A DNA stretch of 64,000 nucleotides from an uncultured Actinomycetota bacterium (GCA_963740165.1 CAVUDC010000005.1:104012-168011); one strand, 5' to 3'; positions 42,365 through 52,909 are shown, counted from the stretch's first letter. Notes: a model not told the origin generated them from the letters alone. Program-made: numbers and translations.

Positions 42365-42832
42365 GTGAGCGTTTCTGCGAAACTCGCCGAACTCGGCATC
42401 GAGCTTCCCTCCGTCGTGCCGCCCCTCGCGGCGTACGTGCCCGCCAAGGTGCACGGCGGCCTGGTCTACACCGCTGGCCAGCTGCCCTTGATCTCGGGCA
42501 AGCTTTCCGCGGCAGGCAAGGTCGGCGAGGGGCCGGGTCTCGTCTCGGGGGCCGACGCCCAGTCCTACGCGCGTCAGAGCGCCCTCAACGCCATCGCGGC
42601 TGCGGCTGCGGCCGTTGGTGGCGTCGACAAGCTCACGGGCGTCGTCAAGGTGACGGGGTTCGTGGCATCGGTGCCCGACTTCCTCGGTCAGCCGGGCGTC
42701 ATCAACGGCGCGAGCGAGGTCCTCGGCGAGATCTTCGGCGACGAGGGCAAGCACGCTCGCTCGGCCGTGGGCGTGACCGTGCTGCCGCTCGACAGCCCCG
42801 TCGAGGTCGAGGTCATCTTCTCGCTGGTCTGA
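42365..42832 (+). CDS. RidA/YjgF-family protein
   Basis: AAYVPA, TAGQLP, NGASE, HARSAVGV, PVEVE. Confidence 0.9.
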   Translation: MSVSAKLAELGIELPSVVPPLAAYVPAKVHGGLVYTAGQLPLISGKLSAAGKVGEGPGLVSGADAQSYARQSALNAIAAAAAAVGGVDKLTGVVKVTGFVASVPDFLGQPGVINGASEVLGEIFGDEGKHARSAVGVTVLPLDSPVEVEVIFSLV

Positions 42833-42848
42833 GCCTCGTGTGTGATCC

Positions 42849-43595
42849 TCAGCCCGTGAAGCGGGCGAGGAACGCCCGGGTGCGCGCCTCGCGCGGTGTG
42901 CCGAGGACCTCTGCGGGCGTGCCCTGCTCGAGCACGCGTCCTTCGTCGAGGAACAGCACGCGGTGCGCGACGTCGCGGGCGAACGCCATCTCGTGGGTCG
43001 CCATGAGGATGGTCGTGCCTTCTTCCGCGAGCGCTCGCACCAACTCGAGCACCTCACCGACCAGCTCGGGGTCGAGCGCGGAGGTGATCTCATCCAGCAG
43101 CAGAACCTCGGGGTCGGTGGCGATCGCCCGGGCGATCGCCACGCGCTGTTGCTGACCGCCGGACAGGCGGTCGGGGTGTTCGGCAGCCTTGTCGGCGAGC
43201 CCGACGCGCTCGAGGATCGCGCGGCCACGGGCCTCGGCATCCGCTCTCTTCTCGCGGCGCGCGACCCGCGATGCCAGTGTGACGTTGTCGAGCACCGAGA
43301 GGTGAGGGAAGAGGTTGAAGCCCTGGAACACGAACCCGAGACGTGAGCGAACGGCGTTCGCCTGCACCCGCGGGTCGGAGATGTCTTCGCCCGCCAGGAG
43401 AATCCGGCCGTCATCGATCGGTTCGAGCAGATCCAGGCAGCGCAGAAGGGTCGACTTGCCGGATCCGCTGGCCCCGATCACGGCGACCACCTCGTGTTTC
43501 GCGAGATCGAGGGATACGCCCCGCAGCACCTCTTTCTTCTGGGGTCCGTCGCCGAACGACTTCCAGAGATCGATTGCCGACAGCAGCGCGGTCAC
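42849..43595 (-). CDS. Polar amino-acid ABC transporter ATPase
   Basis: [28 protein letters not shown]. Confidence 0.93.
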   Translation of the reverse strand: MTALLSAIDLWKSFGDGPQKKEVLRGVSLDLAKHEVVAVIGASGSGKSTLLRCLDLLEPIDDGRILLAGEDISDPRVQANAVRSRLGFVFQGFNLFPHLSVLDNVTLASRVARREKRADAEARGRAILERVGLADKAAEHPDRLSGGQQQRVAIARAIATDPEVLLLDEITSALDPELVGEVLELVRALAEEGTTILMATHEMAFARDVAHRVLFLDEGRVLEQGTPAEVLGTPREARTRAFLARFTG

Positions 43596-44437
43596 AGCAG
43601 CGCCCCCGTCTGTTCGCGCGCGCGGAGCCGTGCCGCATACCAGTCGGTGAGTCGGATGGTGGGGATGGCGAGCAGGATGAACAGGATGCCCGCGACGATG
43701 TAGGGCGTGAAGTTGTACGTTTGCGCGCCTTCGATCCTGGCCGCGAGTACGGCGTCGGTCGCTCCGAGAATCGAGATGAGCCCGACATCCTTCTGCATCG
43801 CGACGAAGTCGTTCATGAGCGGCGGGGTAATGCGCCGGAACGCCTGGGGGAGCACCACGCGGCGCAGGGTCTGCGGATAGCTGAGCCCGAGTGCCCGCGC
43901 CGCGAGCCGCTGCGACGGATGAACGGATTCGATGCCCGCACGGATCACCTCCGACACGTACGCGGAGTACGTCAGCGTGACGGCGATGGTGCCGAGGTAG
44001 AGCGGATCGATCCGCACGTTCGTGATCGTCGGCAGTCCGAATCCGACGAGGTACAGCACGATGATGAACGGCAGACCACGGAAGATGTCGGTGTAGGCGG
44101 CGGCGATGGCGCGCAGCGGCAGAAAGAGGGGCCCCTGCAGCGTGCGCAAAAGCGCAATGAAGAGCGCCAGGGCGGACACGGTGATGACCGACAGGCCGAG
44201 GACCTGGAGGTTGAGAAGGAACCCGTTCCAGACAGCCGGAAGGGCGTCCCAGGCGATCGCGGGATTGAAGAACGCCTGCTGCACCCCGGCCCAGCCCGGC
44301 GTGTTGATGACCGTCGCCCAGACGATGAGCGCGAACGCCACCGACGATGCCACCGCGACGAGCACCGAGCGCCGAGACTGGCGTGCTCGGTATGCACGGC
44401 GCTCGAGTTCGAGCCCGCTGGGGGAGTGGACGCTCAC
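43592..44437 (-). CDS. Polar amino-acid ABC transporter permease
   Basis: FRGLP, SAYVSEVIRAG, EAA-like loop. Confidence 0.92.
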   Translation of the reverse strand: MSVHSPSGLELERRAYRARQSRRSVLVAVASSVAFALIVWATVINTPGWAGVQQAFFNPAIAWDALPAVWNGFLLNLQVLGLSVITVSALALFIALLRTLQGPLFLPLRAIAAAYTDIFRGLPFIIVLYLVGFGLPTITNVRIDPLYLGTIAVTLTYSAYVSEVIRAGIESVHPSQRLAARALGLSYPQTLRRVVLPQAFRRITPPLMNDFVAMQKDVGLISILGATDAVLAARIEGAQTYNFTPYIVAGILFILLAIPTIRLTDWYAARLRAREQTGALL

Positions 44438-44480
44438 GGCTCGACGGTACCCGAGAGACGGCGGGTGACCCCGCGGCGCC

Positions 44481-45323
44481 TCACTGCAGCAGTGTGACGC
44501 CCTGGCCCGCGCCGAGCCATTCGTCGGTGATCTCGGCGAGCGTGCCGTCCTCGCGCAGCTTGTCGAGCGCCGCCGAGACGCGCTCGGTCAGCGCCGAGTC
44601 CTTGGGCAGCACGACGCCCCATTCATCCGGGATGCCTCCGGCGGGCAGCTCTCCGACGATGAACGAGTCTTCGATGTACATCGCGGTCGCGAGGTACGCG
44701 GTGGGCAGGTCGATCACGAACGCGTCGATCTGGCCCGCGTTCAGGGCGGCCACGACATCCTCGTTCGATCCGAACATCTGCGGCGCCGTGGCGGGCTCCA
44801 CGACCTCCTGGAGCGTCTGCGCGCTCGTCGAACCGGCCATTGCACCGATCGTGAGGTCCTTGAGTCCGTCGATCGAGTCCACTCCGTCGGCCGCGCCGCC
44901 CTCGACCGCGACGATCGCCTGGCTCGCGGAGTAGTACGGGGTGGAGAAGTCGACCGCCTGCTTGCGCTCGTCGGTGATCGTGTACTGCTGGATGTTGAAG
45001 TCGAAGTTCTTGGGCCCCGGCGCGATCGCGGCCTCGAAGCTCGTGCGCACCCACTCGACGTCCTCGGGCGCGAAGCCGAGCTCCTCGGCGATGGCGTAGG
45101 CAACTGCTGCCTCGAATCCTTCGCCCGACGAGGGGTCGTCGTCGATGACGTACGGGTAGTACGCGATGTCGCCGGTCGCGATCGTCAGTTTGCCCGGGGT
45201 GACGTAGCCCGCGTCCGGGTCGCCGGAGGCGCCGCCCTCGCCGGATCCGCCCGCACAGCCCGCGAGGACGAGCGCGGCGACCGTGATTCCGGCGGCGAGA
45301 GTGAGCAGACGGGATCGCGACAT
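44481..45323 (-). CDS. Amino-acid ABC transporter substrate-binding lipoprotein
   Basis: Lipobox LAGC, ITDERKQAVDFS. Confidence 0.92.
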   Translation of the reverse strand: MSRSRLLTLAAGITVAALVLAGCAGGSGEGGASGDPDAGYVTPGKLTIATGDIAYYPYVIDDDPSSGEGFEAAVAYAIAEELGFAPEDVEWVRTSFEAAIAPGPKNFDFNIQQYTITDERKQAVDFSTPYYSASQAIVAVEGGAADGVDSIDGLKDLTIGAMAGSTSAQTLQEVVEPATAPQMFGSNEDVVAALNAGQIDAFVIDLPTAYLATAMYIEDSFIVGELPAGGIPDEWGVVLPKDSALTERVSAALDKLREDGTLAEITDEWLGAGQGVTLLQ

Positions 45324-45496
45324 GTTGTCTCCAAGGCGAGGGGATGTGCCCGGACGCTGTGGGCCGGTGCGCTTCTATTCTCGCTGTCGTCCGATCGAGC
45401 CGGCGCACGCGGCGACGGATTGTTACACCGAGTCCGAAATTGATGCGTGAGCCAGGCGGGATTGGATTTCGACGAATTTCGTTTTACGATATTCGC

Positions 45497-45760
45497 ATGA
45501 GTGAGCGAGAGACGATCAGGGGTGAGGTCGTCACCGAAGAGCAGATCGCCGCATGGGCTGCCGAAGTAGAAGTCGGCTACGACGTCGAGGTGCTCAAGAG
45601 GCGGGGGCGGGGCCGACCGGGGCGCGGTGCGGATCCGTCGCAGGTCGTCGCCCTACGTCTGACGAGCGATGAACTCCAAGCACTCGATGCTCGCGCGGAA
45701 CGGGAGAAAAAGTCGCGTTCTGAACTCATTCGGGAGGCAATTGCGGCGTACGCCGCGTGA
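45497..45760 (+). CDS. CopG/ribbon-helix-helix antitoxin-like protein
   Basis: RGRGRP, VALRL, SRSELIREAI; -10 TACGAT just upstream. Confidence 0.8.
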   Translation: MSERETIRGEVVTEEQIAAWAAEVEVGYDVEVLKRRGRGRPGRGADPSQVVALRLTSDELQALDARAEREKKSRSELIREAIAAYAA

Positions 45761-45997
45761 AAGTTCACGACTCCGCGCGCAAGTACGGCATCGGCGACGA
45801 AGACATCGTTCAGGCCGCGCGCGGGGCCGTTTGGGTCGAGCTGCTGGATGAAGAATCGCCAGCCTGCCGGCTACGACTGGGGTTCGACACGCGGCGGCCG
45901 ACTTCTCGAGACCGTGGTTCTTGTCTTCGATAGTGGCAACGAACTTGTCATCCATGTGATGAGGGCGAGGCCCGATCTGGTGGACCTGCTGCCTTAG
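45757..45997 (+). pseudogene. Small toxin-like gene coupled to the RHH gene; +1 frameshift near 45893
   Basis: VKVHDSARKYGI...LGFDT, then GRLLETVVL...VIHVMRAR in the shifted frame; span 241 nt (240+1). Confidence 0.65.
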
Positions 45998-46319
45998 CTG
46001 TCGAGTGAGACAGTCGGGTCCAAGTCGGGAGCTAAGGCTCGTCAATCACCTCCCCGGCGGAGAACGCTCGATCTGCGAGATGCCGCAGGAGTTCGCTCCG
46101 GACCTCGGGTCGCGAGGGGTAGGTCGATACACGCCCGGGTTGGGTCGAGATACTTCGCGACTCCTGTCGGCTGTGGTTTGGGCGTACTCGCGGCCAGGAC
46201 ATCCGAGAACCGCGTCACGGTCACGTCCTCTACCTTGCATTTCGAGACATCCGGGTGGGCCCTGCGACCCTGCACGATACGCGCATGACGTTTCCGCCGC
46301 CGATTCGACGACTCGCGGC

Positions 46320-47675
46320 TCAGAATGGTGGCCTCGATGACGTATCGGGCACGAATCCGACCGCAATCGGGGGAGGCTTGTCGATGTACGAGTTGCCGCC
46401 GGGCGAGATCCACTCGAGTACGCCGCGGGGGTGATGGATGACCCGCCATGGTGTTTCGCCCTTCAGGGTGTGGTGTCGTCGGCAGAAGCAGGCGAGGTTG
46501 CAGTGCGACGTCTTTCCGCCGAGGGCATAGTCCTGCCCATGATCGACATCACATCGGTGTGCGGGCATGCGGCATCCGGGAAACCGGCAGTGGGGATCTC
46601 GAGCCCGTAGGTATCGGGTCAAATCCGCGGATCGTGTGTATCGGTCAACGGCGAGGACGCCGCCGGTGATGGGGTCGGCGAGTATTCGTTCCCACCCGGG
46701 GACATTCGCCGCCAAGATTCGGGCTGTGTCGATGTCGACCGGTGCTCGACCAACCAGTTCGGCCGGGTCGGTGGTCACGCCGGCGAGCGCGAGGGCGGGG
46801 ACGGTGACGTTGACGATCGCGCGGATGGATGCCAGGCCGCCGAAACCATCGCCGAGTCCCTCGCCGGTTTCGGGGTTGATGGTGTGGGTGAGGACGATCT
46901 CGGCCAGCAGGTCGGCGCGGATCTGATCGAGCGTGCGGGGGTCGCGTTCCGGCTCCCTCTCGTTTCCGTCGACGTTGCCGTCTCCACTGTCGTGAGTTCC
47001 GCGCGCCGAGTCGGCTGCGTCGTCGCGAGCTTTGCGTGCCATCTGCGAGAGCATGTCGTGGATGCCGTAGACGGGCACGGCGGGCCCGCGTAGGACAAGT
47101 TCGGCCATGCCGTCGGCTTCGTCGCGAACCCACACGCCCCGCCCCTTGCGGGCCTCTTTGTGTCGCTCGGCGAATGTTGTCGGTTGGACCCGCTCGACGA
47201 GCCGGGCGAGCGACGCGTTCAGCCGGCCGGGAGTTGTCGATTCGGCCTGCGAGATCGCCTCCGACTCGAAGACGGCGCGGATGCCTTCGTCAGAGAGCTT
47301 GGTTCCGTGATCCACGATCACGCGGACATGCCCCAGCGCGATTCGCCCGTCGGACAAAGCCGACAGCGTCTCGGCGAACCGTGTAGAGATCGTGTAGGCG
47401 TCGTCGAGTCGACGCTGCACGGTGCGGTCGGACTGGTTGACCCGCACCGCCAATTCGGCTGCGATCGCCCGCAACGGTAGCTCTGCGTCACGCGAACTCA
47501 TTCGCGGCAATTCGGACATACGTTCGAAAGCTGTCTCAGCGGCCCGCGCAAGAACACGAACCACCTCAGCTTCCGCTGCCGCAACGGCGGCAACCGCGAC
47601 TGCGTAATCCTCGGCCAATTCGGCGGCAACGACGTCGACGTCGTCACCCCGCAAGCCCGATGAATTCGTATTCAT
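46320..47675 (-). CDS. DUF222 / HNH endonuclease (13E12-like)
   Basis: RDPHCRFPGC...CDVDH...GGKT...NLACFCRRHH. Confidence 0.9.
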   Translation of the reverse strand: MNTNSSGLRGDDVDVVAAELAEDYAVAVAAVAAAEAEVVRVLARAAETAFERMSELPRMSSRDAELPLRAIAAELAVRVNQSDRTVQRRLDDAYTISTRFAETLSALSDGRIALGHVRVIVDHGTKLSDEGIRAVFESEAISQAESTTPGRLNASLARLVERVQPTTFAERHKEARKGRGVWVRDEADGMAELVLRGPAVPVYGIHDMLSQMARKARDDAADSARGTHDSGDGNVDGNEREPERDPRTLDQIRADLLAEIVLTHTINPETGEGLGDGFGGLASIRAIVNVTVPALALAGVTTDPAELVGRAPVDIDTARILAANVPGWERILADPITGGVLAVDRYTRSADLTRYLRARDPHCRFPGCRMPAHRCDVDHGQDYALGGKTSHCNLACFCRRHHTLKGETPWRVIHHPRGVLEWISPGGNSYIDKPPPIAVGFVPDTSSRPPF

Positions 47676-47682
47676 GTTCTAT

Positions 47683-47704
47683 ACTCTACGAACCTGCGCC
47701 GACA
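47683..47704 (-). promoter_or_regulatory. PafBC/RecA-NDp-type DNA-damage promoter
   Basis: TGTCGG-N10-TAGAGT, 7 nt before the ATG. Confidence 0.75.
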
Positions 47705-48110
47705 TTTCGTCCCCGAAAAGTGCCCGATACGGCCTCACATCGAAACTTTGTTCGTTAGATCTCTCTCATGATTGGCGGGCTTCTCGCGAATGATGGAGAG
47801 CGCCGAACCCGAACCCGCGACCAACGGATCGAGAGCATGTCCCGCTCAAGGTCAGTGACTGCTACGGAGGTAGTGTGAAGACACCGTGGGCCCCGTGGGG
47901 CTCGAACCCACGCAGGTGCATATCTTGCCGTTGTCGATTGAAGGAAATCGTTGATTTCCCGCGGTTACCGGACCCCTCAAGTGACACTCAGAAACATCAA
48001 AATGCGTATAGATGTTGTCAAAGTGTTGTCACGCGACGCGAGGTTAGGGCCGCGACCTCGTCGTCGACCGCCCGTTCAGGATCACTTTGCGAGAGAAACC
48101 GTGTCGGGAG

Positions 48111-48371
48111 TCAGTAGTGGTCGCGGGCTTGGAGAATGATGACGTGACTATCGGTGACGTAGTAGACCAGGCGGTTCTTGTCATCGATTCGGCGTGACCA
48201 CGCCCCCGAGAGAATGTGCTTGAGCGGTTCCGGTTTGCCGATCCCAGCGAAGGGATCGCGCATCACATCTGCGATCAGTTGATTGATGCGCTTCAGAGTC
48301 TTGCGATCCTGCGTCTGCCAGTAGACATAGTCCTCCCACCCGTTCGGGTCGAATCCGATCGTTCGCGTCAC
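48111..48371 (-). CDS. yoeB: Txe/YoeB toxin
   Basis: WEDYVYWQ..D, PFAGIGKPEPLK, WSRRID...RLVY, terminal HY. Confidence 0.93.
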   Translation of the reverse strand: MTRTIGFDPNGWEDYVYWQTQDRKTLKRINQLIADVMRDPFAGIGKPEPLKHILSGAWSRRIDDKNRLVYYVTDSHVIILQARDHY

Positions 48372-48619
48372 GCGTCGAGGAGGTCGTGCTGTTCGAACTC
48401 TCCGCGGCGGGCGCGCTCGATTGCGGCGAGCAGCCGGTCAGCGTTGGCGGGGTTTCGGAGCAAGTACGCAGTTTCGGTCATCGCGTCGTAATCGTCCTTC
48501 GACAGAAGGACGGCGTTTCCGTGACGCGACACGACCTCGACGGCCGTGTGGTCTTCGTTGACCTGCTGAATGAGGCCGAAAAGAGTCTTGCGCGCCTCGG
48601 TCGCGGTGATTGCAGACAT
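48368..48619 (-). CDS. yefM: Phd/YefM antitoxin
   Basis: ITATEARKTLFGLI, NAVLLS, ETAYLLRNPAN. Confidence 0.92.
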   Translation of the reverse strand: MSAITATEARKTLFGLIQQVNEDHTAVEVVSRHGNAVLLSKDDYDAMTETAYLLRNPANADRLLAAIERARRGEFEQHDLLDA

Positions 48620-48631
48620 AGCCGCCTCCCT

Positions 48632-48657
48632 AAGTGGTACATCAAAGCGTACCACTT
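48632..48657. promoter_or_regulatory. TA autoregulatory operator
   Basis: AAGTGGTAC-N8-GTACCACTT perfect inverted repeat upstream of yefM. Confidence 0.75.
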
Positions 48658-48715
48658 CACAACCACCGGGCTTGGTGAATCCACTGCGAGCATAAAGTCG
48701 GCGCGGCCGGATCGG

Positions 48716-49282
48716 TCAGCGGACTTCTTGCGCCTGCTCTTGGACGTCGACCAGCCAACCCGATATCGTGCGTCGACGCTGCTCGGACGGTGGATCAGCT
48801 GCGAGATCTTCAGTGGACGGAAGCTGCTGGGTTTGATCGTTGACGGGTTGCCTAATGCCTTGCGCCGCCGTCAGCTTGGCCGTCCCGGGTACTGGCACAA
48901 TCTCGATCACGTACCGCGACGGTCGTGTCCCCCAGAACGCGCCCTCTCCGGACGTGCGACCGACCATCGGCCAGTCGCCGCCGTTTGGCGGCCTGGTCGC
49001 GTCCGGCGGTGCGCCGTCGCCGGGTCGGCGCAGCGACAGTCGCTCTACGACCTCGCGCGTGACCATGTAAACCGCCACCACTCGGCCGCGCACCCGATCG
49101 GGAGAGTCCTCCTCGTGGTGCGACTCCATTGCATCTGCCGTGGCGAGGACCTCCGGATCGAGGACGCCGACCAGGGCCGGGGGCACCGCCCGCGACCCGA
49201 TACCGAAGTCGACCTCGTCTCCCCGGCCGAACGGATCACCGCAGCATGCCCACTCCCACTCGGACAGCCACACGCGCCTCAT
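48716..49282 (-). CDS. Hypothetical protein (DUF6578-like)
   Basis: VWLSEWEWACCGDPF N-terminus, GWLVDV C-terminus. Confidence 0.6.
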   Translation of the reverse strand: MRRVWLSEWEWACCGDPFGRGDEVDFGIGSRAVPPALVGVLDPEVLATADAMESHHEEDSPDRVRGRVVAVYMVTREVVERLSLRRPGDGAPPDATRPPNGGDWPMVGRTSGEGAFWGTRPSRYVIEIVPVPGTAKLTAAQGIRQPVNDQTQQLPSTEDLAADPPSEQRRRTISGWLVDVQEQAQEVR

Positions 49283-49641
49283 GGCCGCAACGCTAACCCG
49301 ACCCGTTCGTTTGCACACGTTGTCGCATTCGCGGATCCGTATGCGGGCAGCGTGGCTCGGTTGTTGACGATCGTCTCGCTCAGCGGACGTCGAATAGTTG
49401 TCGCGTGCTCGGGTGAGGGGTGGACGGACATCACGGGGAGCGCTGCGGGTGACCTAACGAAGGGGGCGGGCCACGGGCATTTCCGGATCGGATGGTCCCG
49501 TGACGACGAGCCAGTCGTCCGTGGAGACGGTCGCTGTCACCGCTTCGGATGCGGGGCCAGGAGCATCACATGAGCAAGCGACGAACTCGCACAAGACCGT
49601 GCACCGGGGTGACGGCATCCCGACCACGTAAGCTTCTGCGT

Positions 49642-50082
49642 ATGAATGCTGCGCGTCGGCTGGTGCAAGTGACGGCGACTGTCACCGGGGTGGTGCTGCT
49701 GATCGCGGGTTGTGCAGCAATCAGACCCGAAGCCGTCACTCCGTCCCCCTCCGCCAGCGCTGCGCGCCAGCTTGGGCCTGAGGCCTTCGCTGCAGAGATC
49801 GCCAGCGGCGACCGGTTCGTGGTCAACGTACACACCCCCGACGAAGGCGGGATCGACGGCACGGACGCCGATATCCCGTTTGACCAACTTGAGGAACGCG
49901 TGTCCGAGCTGCCGCAAGAAAAGGCGGCCGCGATCGCGGTGTACTGCATGACTGGACGGATGAGCGAGATCGCAGTCGATACCCTCGCCGGAATGGGCTA
50001 CGTCGACCTGGTAGAGCTACGCGGGGGCATGGTGGCCTGGGAGGCCGACGGGCGGACCCTGATTTCTCCGGCCGCCGAGTAG
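49642..50082 (+). CDS. Rhodanese-like lipoprotein
   Basis: Lipobox IAGC, VYCMTGRMS, LRGGMVAW. Confidence 0.82.
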   Translation: MNAARRLVQVTATVTGVVLLIAGCAAIRPEAVTPSPSASAARQLGPEAFAAEIASGDRFVVNVHTPDEGGIDGTDADIPFDQLEERVSELPQEKAAAIAVYCMTGRMSEIAVDTLAGMGYVDLVELRGGMVAWEADGRTLISPAAE

Positions 50083-50157
50083 GTATCGACCTAGATGAGT
50101 GAGTCCGTTTGGCTGGGTCGGCGTGGATGCTGTTAATCGTCGACGGAGGGTCTTAAC

Positions 50158-50800
50158 CTGCTCGGGATCGCGTCGGATCGGAAATGGATCCGATACGCGC
50201 ACGCTCACCTGAAGGGCATGTTCCCGAACCTGCCCGGCCAGTCCGGGTGGGGCAAACGCGTCCGCCAATCCACCGGGCTTCTCTCTGCGGTGATCACCGA
50301 GCTGGCCCGTGACACCCCGTCCTGGGGTGAGGTCACCCGGCTGGTGGACTCGACCCCGTTACCGTGCGGGAAATCGCGGGAGACCGTGAAACGCTCAGAC
50401 CTCGCCGGGCACGCCGACTACGGATACTGCGCATCCCACTCCCGATACTTCTGGGGCTTCCGGCTCTATCTGGTCTGCACTCCCGACGGAATGCCCGTGA
50501 TCTGGGGACTCGCGAGCCCGAAGATCGGTGAACGCGAAGCCACCCAAGCGATGCTCGACCACGACCGACACCTCATCCAGCCTGGACAGGTGATCGTTGG
50601 CGACAAAGGCTTCGCTGGGAAGCAGTTCGAGGACTTCGTCACCAACGAACTCGGCGCGCACCTGATCCGCCCCGACCGCAAAGACGAGACCCCCAGGTTC
50701 GGGAAACTCGGAGGCATCCGACAATGGGTCGAGTCCGTGTTCGACACCCTCAAAGGCCAACTCACCCTCGAAGACCACGGCGGCAGAACCCCCGCAGGCG
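50158..50800 (+). mobile_element. IS982-family transposase fragment
   Basis: LVDSTP, YCASHSRYFWG, GDKGF, RQWVESVFDTLK; truncated at both ends. Confidence 0.8.
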
Positions 50801-50930
50801 CCGAGCTTCCGCCATGGAGCACGATTCGCGGCGGCCCGAGGAGTCCGGTCGCCGTTGTCGATGCGGCCGCTTCCGTGAGAGTTGTCCCACGGTCTTTCTT
50901 TACTGTGTAGGTCTATGTACTGTAGAACGC

Positions 50931-51278
50931 ATGGTAGACGCCCCGGCACAGCTCAGTCGGCTCGAGCAGGATCTCCGCAAGGGTGTCTTGGTGCTGGCTG
51001 CGCTTTCCCAGCTGCGGAAGCCGCAGTACGGGTACTCGTTGCGGCAGGCTCTCGCACGACGGGGGATGGCGATCGAGGAGGGCACGCTCTATCCGCTTCT
51101 GCGTCGTCTAGAGAGCCAGGGCGTGCTCGTTTCGAAGTGGCAAACGGACGATGGGCCTCCCCGCCGCTATTACGAGCTCAGCTCGCTCGGCATGGGCCTC
51201 TATGAAGACCTGACCTCCGCATGGGGGTCCTTGGCGTCGGTGATGGACCGGCTCCTGAACGAGAAGGACTCAGAATGA
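50931..51278 (+). CDS. PadR-family regulator
   Basis: YGY, IEEGTLYPLLRRLE, PRRYY. Confidence 0.9.
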   Translation: MVDAPAQLSRLEQDLRKGVLVLAALSQLRKPQYGYSLRQALARRGMAIEEGTLYPLLRRLESQGVLVSKWQTDDGPPRRYYELSSLGMGLYEDLTSAWGSLASVMDRLLNEKDSE

Positions 51279-52249
51279 ACCCCACAGCCATCATCGACAG
51301 CTATGTCGGCGACGTCGTAAGCCACCTGCCGCGGCGCCAGCGCGCGGACGTCGCCCTCGAGCTGCGCTCGCTGCTCGACGACGAACTGGCTGGTCGGGCG
51401 GCGGATGCTGGACATCCCGCCGACGCACCGCTGACCATGGAGCTGCTCTCCACGTTCGGCAGGCCGCAGGAAGTTGCCGACCGTTACCGGCCCGAGGGCT
51501 TCACCATCATCCGTCCGTCCGACGCCCCCCGATTCACATGGATCGCGTTCGGCGGCCTGGCGGTGATCTGGGCCATCACTTTCCCGGCCATCATGCTGGG
51601 CGTCATCCCGGTCGTCGGCTGGGACTACGGGGCCGACGAGTGGTGGGGTCGCTTGACGGTGTGGTGGCTGGGATGGGGGATCGGGGCCCTGTGGTGGCCG
51701 GGAGTGGTGATCACCTTCACGCTCATCGGTGCACTGGTCGATCGGCGACGAGAGTCGACTTCTGAGTCGTGGGTGCCCGCGCCGCCGAGAGTGATCGACC
51801 GCGATCTTGTGAATCGTCCGGCAACGGTCGTCGCCCTCGCCGCGGGGATACTCGGCGCCACAGTGGTGATCGCTCTGCCCTGGCTTGCAGTCTGGGCGCC
51901 TGGCCTGTCAGAACCCGCGATCGCTGCCCTCGAACTGGACCCGGACTTCTTGAGATGGCGAGCAGCCTGGATCCTTCCTGTTTGGGCGGCATCTCTCGCG
52001 CTGCTCGTATTTGTGCTCGTCGTCGGACGTTGGACCGTCGTCACTCACCGCGTCCGGGCGGCGCTGGATGTGGCGATGGTCGGGGTCCTGCTGTGGTGGT
52101 CCCTTGCAGGTCCCGTCTTCATCTCACCCGCAGCAGACAGCACAGCGAGGTTCCTCTTGATACTCCTCGCGGTGCTCTCAGCGACTGACGCCGTCATCGC
52201 CATTCGACGCAGCAACTCGGTAACGCGCAAGACCCTCGCGCCGGCCTGA
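51275..52249 (+). CDS. PadR-associated membrane protein
   Basis: N-terminal YVGDV...RADVALEL...FGRPQEVA helical domain followed by about 6 TM; ATGA overlap with padR. Confidence 0.78.
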   Translation: MNPTAIIDSYVGDVVSHLPRRQRADVALELRSLLDDELAGRAADAGHPADAPLTMELLSTFGRPQEVADRYRPEGFTIIRPSDAPRFTWIAFGGLAVIWAITFPAIMLGVIPVVGWDYGADEWWGRLTVWWLGWGIGALWWPGVVITFTLIGALVDRRRESTSESWVPAPPRVIDRDLVNRPATVVALAAGILGATVVIALPWLAVWAPGLSEPAIAALELDPDFLRWRAAWILPVWAASLALLVFVLVVGRWTVVTHRVRAALDVAMVGVLLWWSLAGPVFISPAADSTARFLLILLAVLSATDAVIAIRRSNSVTRKTLAPA

Positions 52250-52398
52250 AGACCGTCGACCCCAAGAAACTCGCGGTCGGAGTCACCAATGGATGCTCCG
52301 CGCGGGCCCACTCCGCACAACTCACGTGACGATTGCAGCTCGTTCGTCATTCCGAATGAGTCGGTCATTCCGCAAGCCCGCCCCTCAGGGGGTGGTTC

Positions 52399-52707
52399 TC
52401 ACGCATCGACGTCGAAGACGACGATCTGGACTGCCAGTCGCGAGATGAGCTGGGCCACAGGCTGGTGTGCGGGATGCGGCAAGTACTTGTCGCGGGCTGA
52501 GCTGCTAGCGAAGCTGACCACGAGCCCCCACTCGAATCCGCCCTCCAGCCCCTCGGGGCTCGTGCTCGGCCCGTGATGAACGGCGAGCACGTCAGGGATC
52601 GTGTCTGGGAATGCGTTCGCTAGCTCGGACAGCTCTTCGAGCTCAGCGGGGCTGACGTCCGGCTTCCAGCGGACGAGTACGACGTGCATGACGGCTGGAT
52701 TGTTCAT
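52399..52707 (-). CDS. Dabb (stress-responsive A/B barrel) protein
   Basis: HVVLVRWK, IPDV, YLPHPAH. Confidence 0.8.
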   Translation of the reverse strand: MNNPAVMHVVLVRWKPDVSPAELEELSELANAFPDTIPDVLAVHHGPSTSPEGLEGGFEWGLVVSFASSSARDKYLPHPAHQPVAQLISRLAVQIVVFDVDA

Positions 52708-52909
52708 CTCCACAGATTGCCCGACCGGATCGTCGATCCGAGCCGGTGCTCTGCCGGTAAGCCAACCAACCGAAGGGCGCGTTCCCCATCGGAGTGAACA
52801 CGCCGATCAGGATCGTCACAATGCCCACGGCGACGATCGCTCCCGCGCCCACCCAAGCGAGCACCGCCGTCCTGCTTCTGCCGCCCACCCTCCGACAACT
52901 ATCCGCGAC

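Noticed and set aside
46005-46340. Short ORFs between the TA pair and the HNH gene
   Set aside because: No recognisable motifs, RBS or coding-like composition
47886-47912. Possible extra tRNA gene
   Set aside because: Only the T-arm and acceptor 3' strand are present; it is the att duplicate of tRNA-Lys
52643-52888. 81-aa ORF with one hydrophobic segment
   Set aside because: Overlaps the Dabb gene and degrades after the TM; possibly a fragment, not enough support to call
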